Positions 35,301 through 49,600 are shown, counted from the stretch's first letter. The stretch is DNA of 64,000 nt from Mobula birostris (GCF_030028105.1 NC_092395.1:43800459-43864458), one strand, 5' to 3'. Numbers and translations: made by a program. Notes: generated from the letters alone by a model not told the origin.

Positions 35301-36769
35301 ATCCCAATAAATAGTCTATAACTAAATAGATAGATAGATAAAAAAGATCAATAACTAAATAGACAAACAGATAAATAACTAATAAATAAACAGATAGATT
35401 GATCGATAAATCGATAGGCAGAGAGATAAATGAACAAGCAAGAAAATAATGAGAATGGTGCTGTGGGTTCACCTGTGTATCATAAATGTGACAGTTCATT
35501 TTTCAGGACACAGAGCTCCAGGAAAGAAACCCACCAAATCGTACTCTTTAGTTTTAGCAATGAGGGATGTGATGTCAGTACTGGCCATTGCAACGGGGAA
35601 TTCATATTTGAGTATCATCATCCTTCCAACAAACTCACAATGCTCCTCGTCTGGACTGACATTTCACAGCATTGTCTGTGCAGATCTAGGAATTTTGATA
35701 AATTTCTTATCTTGAACAGATTACCTACCAACTCAGCTTTGTTTAAGATTATAGTGAGTCATGACCAGAAAAGATTACTTTGTAAAGTTTGACTTTGAAA
35801 TTGAGAAACTGATTAATTTTGAAGTATATTTGAAAAACACATATTTAATGAAGGAATTTATGATCATGGTAAAAATGGGTCATTGTACAGTTATCCCATT
35901 CTCAGTTGTGGTTGTTACAATCAAGCAAATTTTCCCTAGCTCAATTCCCAGCATGGGTCTAAATTCATTAGTTCACCAATTCTACAGTATTTCTTGGAGG
36001 CTGATGAAACTTTGGATCAAAATATCTCAATGAAAGAATACTATCCTTTGGGTTGGGAACAGGAAATGTGGTTGCACTTCACATGGTGGCATTCTTTAGT
36101 TCCCTCATTTGACCCATGGACATGGCCACACTGTGGTTTCCAGTCCCAGAGATCCAGGAAACAAACCTGGCCTCATGTCTGTCGTTTCTCCAATATACCC
36201 AAGTTGAATTCTTCAGTTGCAAAAAGGCATACAGGAAGTAGCTTCCAATACCACTATCATATCAGTTATCAATGAAAGGAACGTGAATACCACCATTTTA
36301 CACATCTGCCAAAAGTTAAAAACCTCAGTTATGTTCTTCCTGTGTTCCAATTTTCCAACTTTCTCTCAGGGCACCGGGAGCAGCAGTTCACTGACACAGT
36401 GACCACTCTTCCCAGCGGAAGCCAGGCAGTGAGTGTGGCAGACAAGGGCAAGTGAACCCATCTAGCCCAGTTCGGCCCTCCTCACACAGCTAGCAATCTG
36501 GGTCACAGGTATTGAGCAGGAGTATGGACATCTTAATGAGCAGGGGCGCTTGTTGTAGTTACTGCATCCTCTACGGAAGATTGATTAATCTATTCTGAAA
36601 AAGGAACCAAGCAGTGGAACTTGTTGGTATATAGATCTCTGTATAGCATCATTGTAAAGGCATTTCCATGATATGATATCTATTGACAAATTGATGGATA
36701 TGGTCAATCAAATACATCACTCTTGAATCAATTTCCCATTTATTGCATTCAGTTCCAGTCAACCCATAA

Positions 36770-37190
36770 TAGGAAAGAAGTGGCAGCTTTGGAAAGGGTG
36801 CAGAAAAGTTTTACCAGGATGCTGCCTAAAGTTGAGGGCAAGTGCTATAGGGAGGTGTTGGGCAAATCTGGTATATTTTTCCCATGATGAAAGTGTCTTA
36901 TATGAAATGGCATGCCCCTATGATAAGAGGTAAGTTCAAAGGAGATTTGCAGGGATATGTTTACTCAAAGTGTGGTGAGTGCCTTGGCTGCACTGCCAGA
37001 GTTGGTAGTGGAGTCCAATATGATTGGGGCATTTAAAAAGTTTTTAGGTCGGCACATGAATCTGCAGAGAAGGAAGACATATGAACAGTGTGTAGGCAGA
37101 AAGGAATTGTTTTGTGAGGCATTAATTAACCTCATGGTTCAAAAGGCCTGTCCTGTTCTGTACAATTCTCTGACCCTTTCCCATCATTAT
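36770..37190 (+). mobile_element. CR1 3' fragment
   Basis: ttggaaagggtgcagaaaagttttaccaggatgctgcc motif and tail. Confidence 0.6.
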
Positions 37191-37689
37191 GAATCCAAAT
37201 TCCTCCATTTCTGTTCTCCTTGAGAGACCATGGATTCACAGATTTGTGACCTGGGTTTGCATTATCCAGTGGATTATCATTAATAAATGTTAATGATGCA
37301 GTGTGCCTTAGCTTCATTTAAACGAATTGCTCCACTGGAGTTAATTATTTCATTACTTTCCCACAGAAACTAATATCCTGAATGTCCTTGCAGCCGACGA
37401 TATATACATAGCAACCAGCACAGTCCTTGACGTTATAATCAACTCTGAAATCTGCCCTTCAGCAGTTTGCTACAGAGTGGAGTATAATAATTCTGCTGTC
37501 ATTCCTCTCCCCTTACTGACTCTCCAATTGTTATCCCACAATTGATCAGCTCACTGGTTTGGACTGCAGCTGCATTTGGCAATATTGTGCACAGTAAACC
37601 AGAGCTCACAAATTCCAGGGCTTCCCAGGATCCCCCTTATTCTCATCTTCTTCCTCCAGAAGCAGTGGGCCATGTATTGGGAGGATCGA

Positions 37690-37980
37690 CATAAGGATGT
37701 GTGAGTTGTCATACAGTGCTGACATCTCAGAGCTTCAGTGACCTAGATTTGATCCTGAGCTTGTCCATGTGAAGTTTGTATGTTCTCTCTGTGACTACCT
37801 GAGTTTCCCACTGTTGCTCTATTTTCCTTGCACTGTGCAGATATTTTCCAGTATAGTTTCCCTTAGTGTAATGAAGCAACAGACAAGTGAAAGGATATAT
37901 GATGGCAGATGTGAGGAGAATAAAAGTGGCATAAATGGGTTTTCTCTATCGGGAGCTTACATGGACCAAATAGGCTGAAT
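37690..37980 (+). mobile_element. SINE relic shared with 52790-53070 (predates the flank duplication)
   Basis: Same SINE at the paralogous position in flank copies B and C. Confidence 0.55.
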
Positions 37981-38082
37981 AGCCTCATTATTTCTTTTGC
38001 TAAATATTAATTGCAGGTTTCTTTTATAATAATTAACTACTGGTATTTTTCCGTGTAAAATTACTACAAATGATAATTATTT

Positions 38083-38101
38083 TGTCCTCTAGAGGGCAGT
38101 G
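38083..38101 (+). promoter_or_regulatory. Candidate CTCF site (TGTCCTCTAGAGGGCAGTG)
   Basis: Matches the core CCWSYAGRKGGCRS and is not within a recognisable TE. The paralogous position at 53167-53185 keeps TAGGGGGCAC. Confidence 0.55.
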
Positions 38102-39989
38102 AGATATCACTGACTGAAAAGAAGTTGGTGTGACATTTCCCTGATGGTATTGGTTTGCCTCAGCCATTGCATCATGGTTATTTAACAAATGTGTTTTCTC
38201 TCCCAGGAAACTCAGGCTGCAGTACTGGTGCTCTGGGAAATCGAACTTACAGCTACACTCAATACAGTGAATGAGGGAGCACTTTGAAATAACAAAAAAA
38301 CATTCCTGCAGGCTGGGATACTGTTTAACTTGGTGTCAGTATTGTATTTAAACACCTGGCTAGCTGCTCACAACTCCGCTAAAGGTGAAGTAGTTTCTGT
38401 CACTTCTTTGCGATGGAAAGGAAGAGTCCACAAACTGCTGCCAATCAGATCTGAACTGTAACTTGACCACCAACTGAACAGATTGCGCCAGAATTGTCTA
38501 CTTTCAAGTGAGCTCCAGTATGCTCAATCACATGAGATCTTCTGGTCAGTGATATGTCATGAAGTCAATTAGGTAGATATCTGCATGAGCATCAGTTTAG
38601 GAGAAGAAGTAGATCACTCAGCCCTTCAAACCTGCTCTACCATTCTATTAACTTAATGGCTAAACTTGATGTCCCATTACTCCATGCTCCAGGTAACCTT
38701 ACACCCTCTTCCTGACAGAAAAAATTAAATTGATTCTACTTCCACAGGCCCTTAGAGAAAAAGAATTCTGAAGGTTCATGACTCTCTGAGAGAAAAACAA
38801 ATATAGTTTCACATCTGTTCTAAACATGCAGTCTCTGACTCTTGAACACCAACACCTTGTCCATGACAGCCAGCCAATATGTCTACGGAACTGAGGATCC
38901 CATCATTTTCCTCTCAGTCTTCAAAATTGCAGAGTATACAGGCCTCAACTTTTCTCATAAGATGACCTGCACTGCCGAGTACTGAATTCAGTAAAAGGAG
39001 AGAAAGGAGAGAGGAAGCAAGGTTCCTCCTTCCAGCTATTAAAGCTATTGGAGTGGAATCTTAGGTATTGGATCTTATCACATTTGGAAAAAGCATGGGT
39101 TTATTACTCACAGTCAGAATTACTTTGTGCAGGGCAGATCATGCCTTACAAAATTGACTAAGGTCTTTGGAGAGGTGCAAATATGACTGACGAGGGTAGA
39201 GAAGTTCAATTAAAATTTTGCAAAGGCATCTGACAAGCTTCTTCCGGGTAGCCTGATTCAGAAGAGTAATTCACTTTGGTTCTAAGATAACTCTGTATGC
39301 TGAACTTAAAATTGATTGGCTGTAGAAGACAAAGGGTAGTGGTGGAAGGGTAATATCCAGATTGGAGGACTATGGCCAGTGGTGTTCCACAGGTATCAGT
39401 GATGGGACTTCTGTTTTTACAACGTACAGAAAATGACTCAGATGAAAATACAGAGTGGCTGATTAGTCAGCTTGCAGATGGCAAAAGGAATACAATGAGT
39501 ACTTGCAGGATACAAGATGTGCCCTTTCAGCAGACACACAGAATGTTGAATTCGGATCAGGTACCTAGACTTGAAAGGTAAGCTGGCTGGACCAGATGAA
39601 GTACAGCGCACCTTTCTGAAAGAGTTAGCTGACAAGAGTTTGGAGGCATTAGTAGTCATCTTTCAAGAATCATTAGATTCAGCAATGGTTTTGGAGGGCT
39701 GCAAATTGCAAATGTCACTTAACTCCTTAAGAAGTGAGGGATGCAAAAGGCAGGAAATTACCACCGCTGGTAGGCAAGATGTTAGAGTTCATTCTTAAGG
39801 ATGAGCTTTTGGGATACACTGACACACTTGTTCTGGTGCATATGAGCCCCTGCCATAATGGTAACACAATTTGATTGGCCATGCTGGTTTCTGTTTTGAT
39901 GCTACAACTGCACTCACATGCACTTTCATTCCTGACTGCAACTCGGTTTCTCATTTTTTCCATGTAGAAAGGTATTTCTGCTCCTTTTT

Positions 39990-40470
39990 TATGATTATTA
40001 TCACCCAGTACTCACTGTTTAAGAAGTCATGAGTTCTTGTTTTCTTCCTTTTCTTCTGAACTCAGTGATTTTTTCCTTTTGCGAAGAAAAAAACGCTGCT
40101 CCAAAGAAATAAAATGTGCTATGTTGCTTTTTAAATACTCAACCATTTTGCTGCACTTTTTCAAAAACTTAAACTTCTCGCTGCACTTCAACAGGTAAAT
40201 CATCATTTAGGGTTTGTTTAAAACTTCCTTGCTGCCACCGTTATGTTTTGTAATTTCCAAAACATTGAACTACTTGAAAGGACAACAAGGGAGGCAGGAA
40301 TAAATTGTTTACTACGTTTTTACTTAAGCAAGAAGACACATATGACGTGGTAGCATCATAACATATGCAATTCATTTGCTTTTACATATAACCTAACGTG
40401 AATTCTTTAAACAAATAAAGAATGCTTATTCAACATACTTAGTATATTACTGATATACTAATATACAATT
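39990..40470 (-). mobile_element. LTR (40239-40470) plus PBS and 5' internal sequence of a Gypsy-type element
   Basis: The LTR end ..aaaacataacg is followed directly by PBS-like GTGGCAGCAAGG; same LTR family as 7637. Confidence 0.55.
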
Positions 40471-41149
40471 GATAGGCTAAAACGTCAGTCTCTTTTCCAT
40501 GTTAGAAATGTCAACTATTAGAGGATATGGATTGAAGTTGAGATGAATAAAGTGTAAAGGAGATATATAGAGAAAACAGCATTTCACTGGAATGAGCTGG
40601 AAGCAGATATGATAGTCATTTTTAAAATACTTTTATGCAGACATGAATTTGCAAGGAGTGGAGTGATATGGATCATGTTTATGCAGAAGAGATTTAGAAT
40701 TATTTGGCATCACATTCAGTGCAGATTTTTTGAGACGAAGGACCGGTTTCAGTGCAATGTTCTAATATTTCAGAGACATCTAGGTTAAACAGATAACCAA
40801 CCAACTTTGCCATAATTAATCACATCCAAGATTCCTCCATTACCAATTGAAATAATTGTCTTTGCTATCAGCCGTACAGACTCAATTACTGATACTGGTT
40901 CAATTTTAGTCAGATTAGAGAAGAGTAGCGGGTGGTGTGTTAGTAGGAAGGGTGAAACATTTCAGGCCTGAGTTTCAGGAAATTTCATCAGATGCTGGTT
41001 GTTGATAAGGAAACCTCTTATTGTCAATCTTGGATACAGTTTCAAAGATAGATAAAAAAATCTCCATCAGAGTGAAGGCAAGGTAAAACACAGTTTCAAA
41101 TATAAATAAGTTCTCCATCATAGTGAATTCAAGGTGAAGGCCACGCAGA

Positions 41150-41520
41150 GTGGAGAAAGAACAAAGAATGTTCTCCAGGTGGGGTCATAAAAGTCCATCA
41201 GAAGGAGTGACCCAACAGCCACACATCACAGTTGATTGAGCCCTTAACAACATGTTTACCAGACAAAACATGAGAAACACACATGGAATAAAATCTTAGC
41301 TCTCCTCAGTTTAGCCAAACAACAAATGCATTTCTTCCAGAGAGTAAATGGGAAGAGTATCCACCCTGCAATCATGTTGACAAAATCTTGAATTAGCATC
41401 GAGAATTCCCTCCATTGCATTCTGTGGCAGCACCAATAAACTAAATCAGATAGTTTCAAAATAGTTTTGGCATCTCAAAAATGGCACATGAAGCATTAGT
41501 CATCAGCAGAAACAAAATAT
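41150..41520 (-). mobile_element. Possible Harbinger/HARBI1-like transposase relic
   Basis: Weak peptides QDFVNMIAGW and VWLLGHSF..FMTP resemble FTNVVARWPG and WLLGDSGY..LMTP. Confidence 0.3.
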
Positions 41521-42569
41521 TATATATTTCCATTACAGTTGCAACCACGTTCCAGCATATCCTTGCTCCACCATTCCAATCAAACAAAGCTGCCGACCCT
41601 GATTCAATGTGAAATATAGTATATAAGCAGTATATAAAAGAGTATATAAGCAGATCTTCTTGTATCTAAAAATTGCCTGGAAACCTCAAGTTACCACATT
41701 GTGTGCATCGAGCAATTGAGCAGCATAAATTTAACCACGTCTCTACAATGCCATAAGCCCCTAAAAGGCAAGAAAGAGAAATTTAATAGGGCATATGCAA
41801 ACAAGAGATTTTTTAAAACAATAATACATTTACCAGTTGTTCCTGTGAATAGAAAAATCATCACTATTCAAGGGTACAAAAAAGCAATAGTGGAAGAACA
41901 CAGTGGGTCAGACAACACCTGTGGAGACAAAAGGTGTATACTGATATTTTGTACTGAGAACAAATATCATGACTGAGAAGGAACAAGAAATATTACCAGT
42001 GTGCAGTAGCATGAGGGAAGGTGGGGCAGAGGCCGGTGCTGTTTGTTGGAGATGGATAGTGGGTCAGATAATGGACAGATGGAATCAAGAGAGAGAGGGA
42101 GAAGAGGGTGTGGATAAAGGGAGAGGAACCCTAGTGTAGAGGCTATCATGATGCTATTACAGCCTGAGATATCAGAGTTCAGAGTTCAATTCCAATGTCA
42201 TCTGTAAGGAGTCTCTATGTCCTCCCCTTGGAGTTCATGTACAGTTATTATCAAAGTATTTATGATGTAGACAACTCTGAGTTTTCTCTTCTAGAGGCAG
42301 CCACGAAACAAAGAAAACCATGGAGCCATTCAAAGAATAATATCATCACCCCAACGCACAAAAAAGGTTGCACAGGTGGCAAAAAGTTCATCAACCCATG
42401 TGCAAAAAAAGCAGGTACTTCAAATTGTAACAAGAATATCGAAACCCCATGCAGAAAAATCAATTCATGAAAATGGCACCAAAAACATCAATTCCACCAC
42501 CCCTCCCCCCAACTTAATGTGCAAAATAAATAAATATATCAGCGAGATATGGATAGCACGCAGAACTGG

Positions 42570-43335
42570 GCTGAGAAGAGGCAGACGTAATTGAACCCAG
42601 ATAAGTGTGAAGTAGGTCATTTTGGTAGGCCAAATTTGAAGAGGGTCCATGTCCATGGGTCACTCAAAGCTGCTGTGTTGGTTGACAGTATTATTAATAA
42701 GGTGTATGGTGTGTTGACCTTCATCAACCATGGGATTGAGCTCAAGAGGCATGAAGTAATACTACAGCTATGTAAGATCCTAATTAGAACCCACTTGGAG
42801 TACTGTGTTCAGTTCTGGTCACCTCATTACAGAAATAATGTGAATGCTTTAGAGAGCGTACAGATGAGATTTACAAGGATGTTGCCTGGATTGGAGAGCA
42901 TTATGATTGGACAGTGTGCCTTATGAGAATAGGTTGAGTGAACTTGGCCTTTTCTCCTTGGAGCGATGGAGGATGCGAGGTGACCTGACAGAGGTGTATA
43001 AGATGACGAGAGGCATTGATCACATGGATAACCAGAGGCGTTTTCCCAAGGCTGAAATAGCTAACATGAGGGGGCATAATTTTACAGTACTTGGAAGTAG
43101 GTACCAGGGGAAAGTCCGAGGTAAGTTTTTCACACACAGAGAGGTGGGTGTGAGGAATGTGCTGCCAGTGAAGGTGGTAGAGGCAGATACAATCAGTTGT
43201 TTTAAGAGTTTGTTCGATAGGTACATGGAACTTTGAAAAATAAAGGGCTATACTACAGGAAAATTCTAGGCAGCTTGTAGAGTAGGTTTCATGGTCGGCA
43301 CAACATTGTGGGACGAAGGTCTTGTAATGTGCTAT
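42570..43335 (+). mobile_element. CR1 3' fragment
   Basis: ORFs 42591-42926 and 42907-43236 (NPDKCEV.HFGR..LEYCVQFWSPHYR..LERWRMRGDL). Confidence 0.85.
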
Positions 43336-43759
43336 AGATTTCCTATGTTGCATGTTCTATATCGGGCAAATGCAATAAGGAAAAATGGGCAAAAACACAG
43401 CATAAAAAAACATGAAATTGAAAGAGTTGAATTGAACTGTTGTCCAATCCATAAATCACCAACCCAGAACTTTAGTACCATTCTCCAATAGCTTCGAGGA
43501 CAGAGACCATTTGAATGCAGGGGCCTTCCCTCAGAGAGCAGTGAGCAAGAGACTGTCACATCCATACACCTTTTGCAGTGAATGAGGAGCTGATAGACCC
43601 TGCTGAACATTTCCTCACATGCAGGGTGTTCCAATTTCCTCCCACAGTCTGCAGGCATACAGATTCTACTTAATAACCTCCAAAGCGTGGGCCTCTGTAC
43701 CTCCCCCAGCAAGACAGTGCATGTCCCAAACCACCATGGCCTAATTCCCCTTTGCTCCG

Positions 43760-44670
43760 ATGGACAATGATGTCCTCAATTCTCGATGGAAGAAACACTT
43801 TCAAGAGCTACTTAACAGCAACACCACTGTTAACATTGACATTATCAACCAGAAGACCCATGAAGGAGGACATGATTAAGCCTCCTTGTATCAAAGAGGA
43901 GCAGGTGGCTGCAAGACGGTGGCACAGAACTTTTAAATCATATTCATGACCTGTTCATCAAGATCTGGGACCAGGAGAAGATTCCCGCTGAACTGAGGGA
44001 CGCCCTGGTTGTCACACTCTTTGAAAAGGGTGAGAAAGGTGATTGTGGAAATTACAGAGGCATCTCCTCCCTCTATACAACAGAGAAAATACTCACCCAA
44101 GTGTTGTCTGACCAGCTTTCACCTCTGGCAGAAGATCACCTGCCTGAGTCTCAGTGTGGCTACCGCCCAGCCCGAAGAGCCTCTGACATGATTTTTACTG
44201 CACATCAACTGCAGGAGAAGGCCCAGGAACAAACTTTCCCACTTTATATGGCCTTCATAGAACTTACAGAAGTATTTGACTCTGTAAACAGTCCTGTCCT
44301 TTGGCAAGTACTGTCCAACATCGGGTGCCAGGAGAAATAACTCAAGACCCTACAGCTTTTTCACAATGACATGAGAGCAACAGTCATCAGCAACAGCGGC
44401 TCTAGAACATCTTCTTTCAAGGTGAGACTGATGTCAAACAGAGCTGAATCATTGCCCCAAATCTGTTTGCCATTTTCATTGTAACCATTCTTCAACTCAC
44501 TGGACAAGACCTCCCACAAGGATTCTAGATTCTCTGTAGGGCAGATGGAGGGTTTTGTAGCCTTAACAGGTTCAAGGCAAGGAGCAAGGTGTCAATTACT
44601 TCTATCATAGAGCTCCAATATGAAGAGAACAACACCATGGTAGCTCACTCTGAGGAGGATCTACAGATGT
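43760..44670 (+). mobile_element. RTE (BovB-like) RT fragment
   Basis: ORF 44101-44340: LPESQCGYRPARRASDMIF..QEKAQEQ..LYMAFIELTEVFDSV. Confidence 0.8.
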
Positions 44671-46670
44671 CCAAAGCTTCAACGTCCATTCAGGAATCAG
44701 ATGGCGGAGGGGAAGAAGCTGTTCCTGAATTGTTGAGTGTGTGCATTCATTACCATCTGATAATACAAGCCTTTTGATCCTTCATGATGTGGATCCAGTT
44801 TAAGGCCTGGTGGTCTGTATCCCAAATGAACTTGCGGTCAACTGGTAAGAGCGTAGGCTGCCGAGGGCCTCTTGATAACCAGAACATCTTTCTCAAATGT
44901 CTGTGTTTCCTAGGGTAGCAACTTCTTACTGAGGTATAAGTCAGGCCTGAGTTTGCCTTCTTCTCCTTGGGCCAAGACAGCACTCTGAAAATGCTCACTT
45001 GCACCAGAAAGGCTTATTAGCCCTGATTTCGGTAAGTATTGGTTCTTCACAGAGTGTCACCTTTAAACTTACAAATGCCTCTGCCAAGTGTGCAAGATTC
45101 TTTGCCGACTTTAAGTTCAAACTGGTCAGGGGAGTTGCCACTTCAGCAGGGTATGATACATCGATACCATCTGACCAGCCCAAGCAAAGACCCGACTTGT
45201 TTGTTTGTGTGAGGGTGGGGACTGTCCCAAATTGCTTGTACCTTTTTCACCTGAGGGTGTACCAGCCATTCCCAAGCTGATCCGCCAAGTATCGGGTATC
45301 TGTCTTTGCCCACTCGCATTTCCGTAGTTTGAGCGTAAGACCTGCTGAGTCAAGCTGACCCAGGACCTAGTTGACATGCTGGAGATAGTCCTCCAAACTT
45401 ATGCTGAAAATTACCATGTCATCTAGGTAGACTGTACTGAACTCTTCAGAGCCCCTCAGTACACAGTGCATGAGGTGCTGAAATGTCATTGGAGCTCCAT
45501 GTAGGCCAAACGGCATCACCATGAAATGGAAAAGGCCAAGTGGGGTCCGGGAAGCAATGTATTCTTTGGATGTTTCATCCAGTGGAACTTGACAGTCACC
45601 TTTACGTAAATCCAGTGTGGAGGTATACTGAGCATATCCCAACCTCTCCAGTAGCTCATCTAGATGTGGTATAGGATAAAGGTCAAACTTGGATATGGCA
45701 TTGTTCTTTCCAAAGTCCATACAGACCCTCGTGGAGTGATCAGGTTTAGGCATATTAACTGCTGTACTGCATCATTCACTGATGGCTCAATTATACCTAT
45801 TTTCAACATGGTCAGTATCCCCGCCTTTTAGGCACTGAAGAGACATTCAGGCAATCTGTATGGTCTCTGAATTGGTTGGTTCTCTTTTACATAAATAGCA
45901 TGCTTGATCAAGTTGGTACATCCAGGTTGTAGTTTAACAAAGTGGGATGCTGGAAGGAGAACTCTTAGGGCTATCTTTTGGTGAGGCTTAAGGTGGTCAA
46001 GAAGAACTTCAACTGAGGTTTCCCAAGGCTAGAGATCTTAATTATTGTCCTCCTCTACTTCCATCATTTGGATCATCAGCAACAACTTAGCCTCCTCCCT
46101 CTCCTTCCGTTCCTTCAGGCAGTTAACATGGTAGACCTTTTAGCTTGGCACAGTACATAGATCAAAGGACCTATCTTCCTCAAAACCTCATAAAAACCTT
46201 GCCAACAACCTGTTGCTGAAGGTAGGTAAAAGAAGCAGGACCTTTTGACCTGGCTGGAACTCCTTACATTGGCCTTTGGTATCATCCCAGAGCCTCTGTT
46301 TTATTTCTGTGTCTTTACCATGTTCTGGTAGGCTTCCTCACAATACTAGTCAAGATGATTCCACTTCTCGAGGGGACCCAATATTTCCATGGAGATAAGT
46401 TTAAAGGGTGTTGTGATAATGAGCATCCACTGATGAGGGGCTTGGAAAGACTTCAAGAATGGACTTGTCTTTTTGACACTCTGCACAGGTTCAAAGATAC
46501 TTCTGCACATCTGCATACATGGTGGGCCAGTAGTACCATCACCCAGTTCTCAAGTAGGTCTTCTATTGAACTTCCCAGGGGAGAGTGAGCGCTAGATGCA
46601 CATGAGGGGTCTGCACATGGTTGGAACCACTAGACGGTTTTCAGGGGAGCTAGATGGACGGAATATGTTA

Positions 46671-49600
46671 GACCATAGATCTAAGAGCAGAATGAGGCCA
46701 TTTTGCCCATCAAATCTGCTCTGCCAATTCAATCATGGCTGATCCTTTTTCCCCTTCCTCAACTTCATCGCCCAGCCTTCTTCCCATAACCATTGATGCT
46801 CTGTCCAATCAAGAACCTATCAATCTCTGCCTTAAATACACCCAACGACCTGGCCTCCATAGATGCCTGTTGTAACAAATTCCATAAATACACTACGCTC
46901 TGGCCCAAGAAAATTTTCTGCATTTCTGTTTTAAAAGGATGCCCCTCTAACCTGAGGCTGTGCCCTCTTGTCCTAGGCTCCCCCACAATGGGAAACATCC
47001 TTTCCACATCATCTCTATATAGACCTTTCAACATTTAAAAGGTTTCAATGAGATCCCCCCTCATCATTTTAAATTCCAGCAGGTACAGACCCAGAGCAAT
47101 CAATGTTCCTCTTATGATAACTCTTTAACCTTGTGAACCACCTCTGGAACCTTTCAAATGCTAGCATATCTTTTCATAGATAAGGAGCCCAAAACTGTTT
47201 ACAGTTGTCAAGGTGAGGCCTCATTAGTGCCTTATAATGCTTGAGCATCACATCCCTGCTCATGTATTCAACACTTCATGAAATTAATGCTAACATTGCA
47301 TTTTCTTTCCTCACCACCAACTCAACCGGCAAGTTAACCTTTAGGGTGTTCTGTGCAATGATTCCCTAGTCTTTTTGCATCTCAGATTTTTGGACAGGCT
47401 CCCTGTTTAGAAAGTAGTCTGCACATTTATTTCTACTACCCAAGTGCATGACCATGCATTTTCCAACATTTTATTTCATTTGCCACTTTCTTGACCATCC
47501 TCCAAATCTGTTTATGTCCTTCGGTAGCCTATCTGTTTTCACAACACCACCTGGCACTCTACTAAACTTCCTACCATCTGCAAACTTGGCACCAAAGCCA
47601 TATATTCCATCATGTAAATCATTGATATACAGCATGAAATGAAACGGTCCCAACACCAACCCCTGTGGAACATCACTAGTTATGCATTTAATCCCATTCG
47701 CTGCCTCTTACCAATTGGCCAATGAGCTAACCATGTCAGTAACTTTCCTGTAATACCATGGGGTCTTAACTTGTTAAGCAGCTTCATGTGTGGTACCTTG
47801 TCAAAGGTTTTCTGAAGGACCAAATATACAACATCCACTACATCCCCTTTATCCATCCTACTTGTAATCTCCTCAAGGAATTCCAACTGGTTCATCAGGC
47901 AAGGTTTTGCCTTAAGGAAACCATGTGGACTTTGTCCTACCTTGCCCTGTGTCACCAGGCACTCCATAACCTCATCGTTAATAATTGACTCCAACATCTT
48001 CACAACTACTGAGGTTAGGCTAAATGATCTATAATTTCCTTTCTGCTGCCTTCCTCCTTTCTTAAAGCATGGAGTTACATCTGCAGTTTTGCAGTCCTGT
48101 GGCACCATGCCAGAGTCTAATGATTTTTGAAAGATCATTGCTAATCTCTATAGAGATCCACAATCTCCAATGCTACCTCTTTCAGCTTTTTGAGCAGCTT
48201 CTCCCTTGTAATAATAAATGTAATCACTTCTCTTCCTTCACATACTGCAACATCTGTCACACTGCTAGTGTCTTCCGCAGTCAAAGACTGATACAAAATA
48301 CTACTTTAGTTCATCTGCCATCTCCTTGTCACCTGTTACTATTTCTCTGGCCTCATTTTCTAGCAGTCCTGTATCCACTTTCTGTCATAGTCTGGTCCGT
48401 GAAGTCTGCTTTCCGTTCATGGTCTGGTCCATGGACTCAGGACTCCAGCTGTTCCAGCTGTCCCTTGTTTTGGTTGGCTTAATCATAGGCACCTGATTCT
48501 CATCTTGGGGCTTGTAATATAAGTAGCCTTGAGATTGAATGTGGGCTACTGATTTGTCTTGTCAAGATTCCCTGGGAGCAACCTGCTGGTGGAAGGCTAG
48601 AGCGGCCACGTGCCATCTTTAGGCTGTGTTGGAGAACCATCGCTTCATGGTTCCTTGTCTGGTTTCCCTGTTTCTTGCCCATGTCCTAGCCCAGGTCCTG
48701 CATCCTATTCCTGTCCCTAGTACTTCAGTGTCTGTCTCTTGCATTTGGGTCCCTTCCCATTGTGACACGTTCACTTCTCTTTTATTTTTTACATACCTGA
48801 AAACAACCTTCTACTATCCACTTTTTTATTGTTTGCTAGCTTGTTTCATATTTCATATATTCCTTTCTAAATGAATCTTTTAGTTGCTCTCTGTAGTTTT
48901 TTAAAAACTTCTGAATTCTCCATCTTCCTGCTATTTTTTGTTTTTTTATATGCCCTCTCTTTTGTTTTCAGACTAGCTTTGATTTCCCTTGTCAGCCACG
49001 GATGTACATTTTGCCATTGAGTATTCATTTGTTTTTGGAATTCATCTCTCTTGCACCTTCCTCATTTTCCCAGAAACTCACAGGATTGCAGGTCTGTTGT
49101 TATCCTGCTAGTAGGTCCTTCCTATTCACTTTGGTCAACTCCTCTCTCATACCACTGTAATTTTGTTTAATCGACTGAAATACTGCTGCATCAGACTTTA
49201 TTTTCTCCTTATCAAATTTCAAGATGAGCTCAATCATATTGTGATCATTGAGTCCCTAGGGCTCTTTTACCTTAATCTCCCTAAATGCCTCCAGTTCATT
49301 ACATAACACCCAATTCAGTATAGCTGATCCCCTATTTGGCTGAACAACAAGCTGCTCTAAAAAGCCATCCCATAGGCATTCACCAAACTTACAGTCTTGA
49401 GATTCATTATCAACCAGATTTTCTCAAACGACCTGCAAGTTAAAATCTCCCATGACTATCATAACATTGCCCTTTTGACACTGATTTTCTATTTCCTTTT
49501 GTAATTTGTGGTCCACATCCCAGCTACCGCTTGGAGGTCTGTATTTAACTGCCATTAGGGTCATTTTACCCTTGCAGTTTCTTAACTCAATCCACAAGGA

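Larger units (their letters stand above)
37250..39815. repeat. Cluster-flank segmental duplication, copy B (orphan, no Ig exons attached)
   Basis: Collinear with 52340-56610 (after removing the Rex insertion) and with 1-1560. Homology stops at ~39815. Confidence 0.8.

Noticed and set aside
35430-36750. Several 60-120 aa ORFs in non-TE-looking sequence
   Set aside because: No recognisable protein motif, splice pattern or Ig-domain signature in any frame I translated.
41037-41142. ~54-bp degenerate tandem duplication
   Set aside because: Only two copies, no spacer structure or coding context; probably local slippage and not CRISPR-like.
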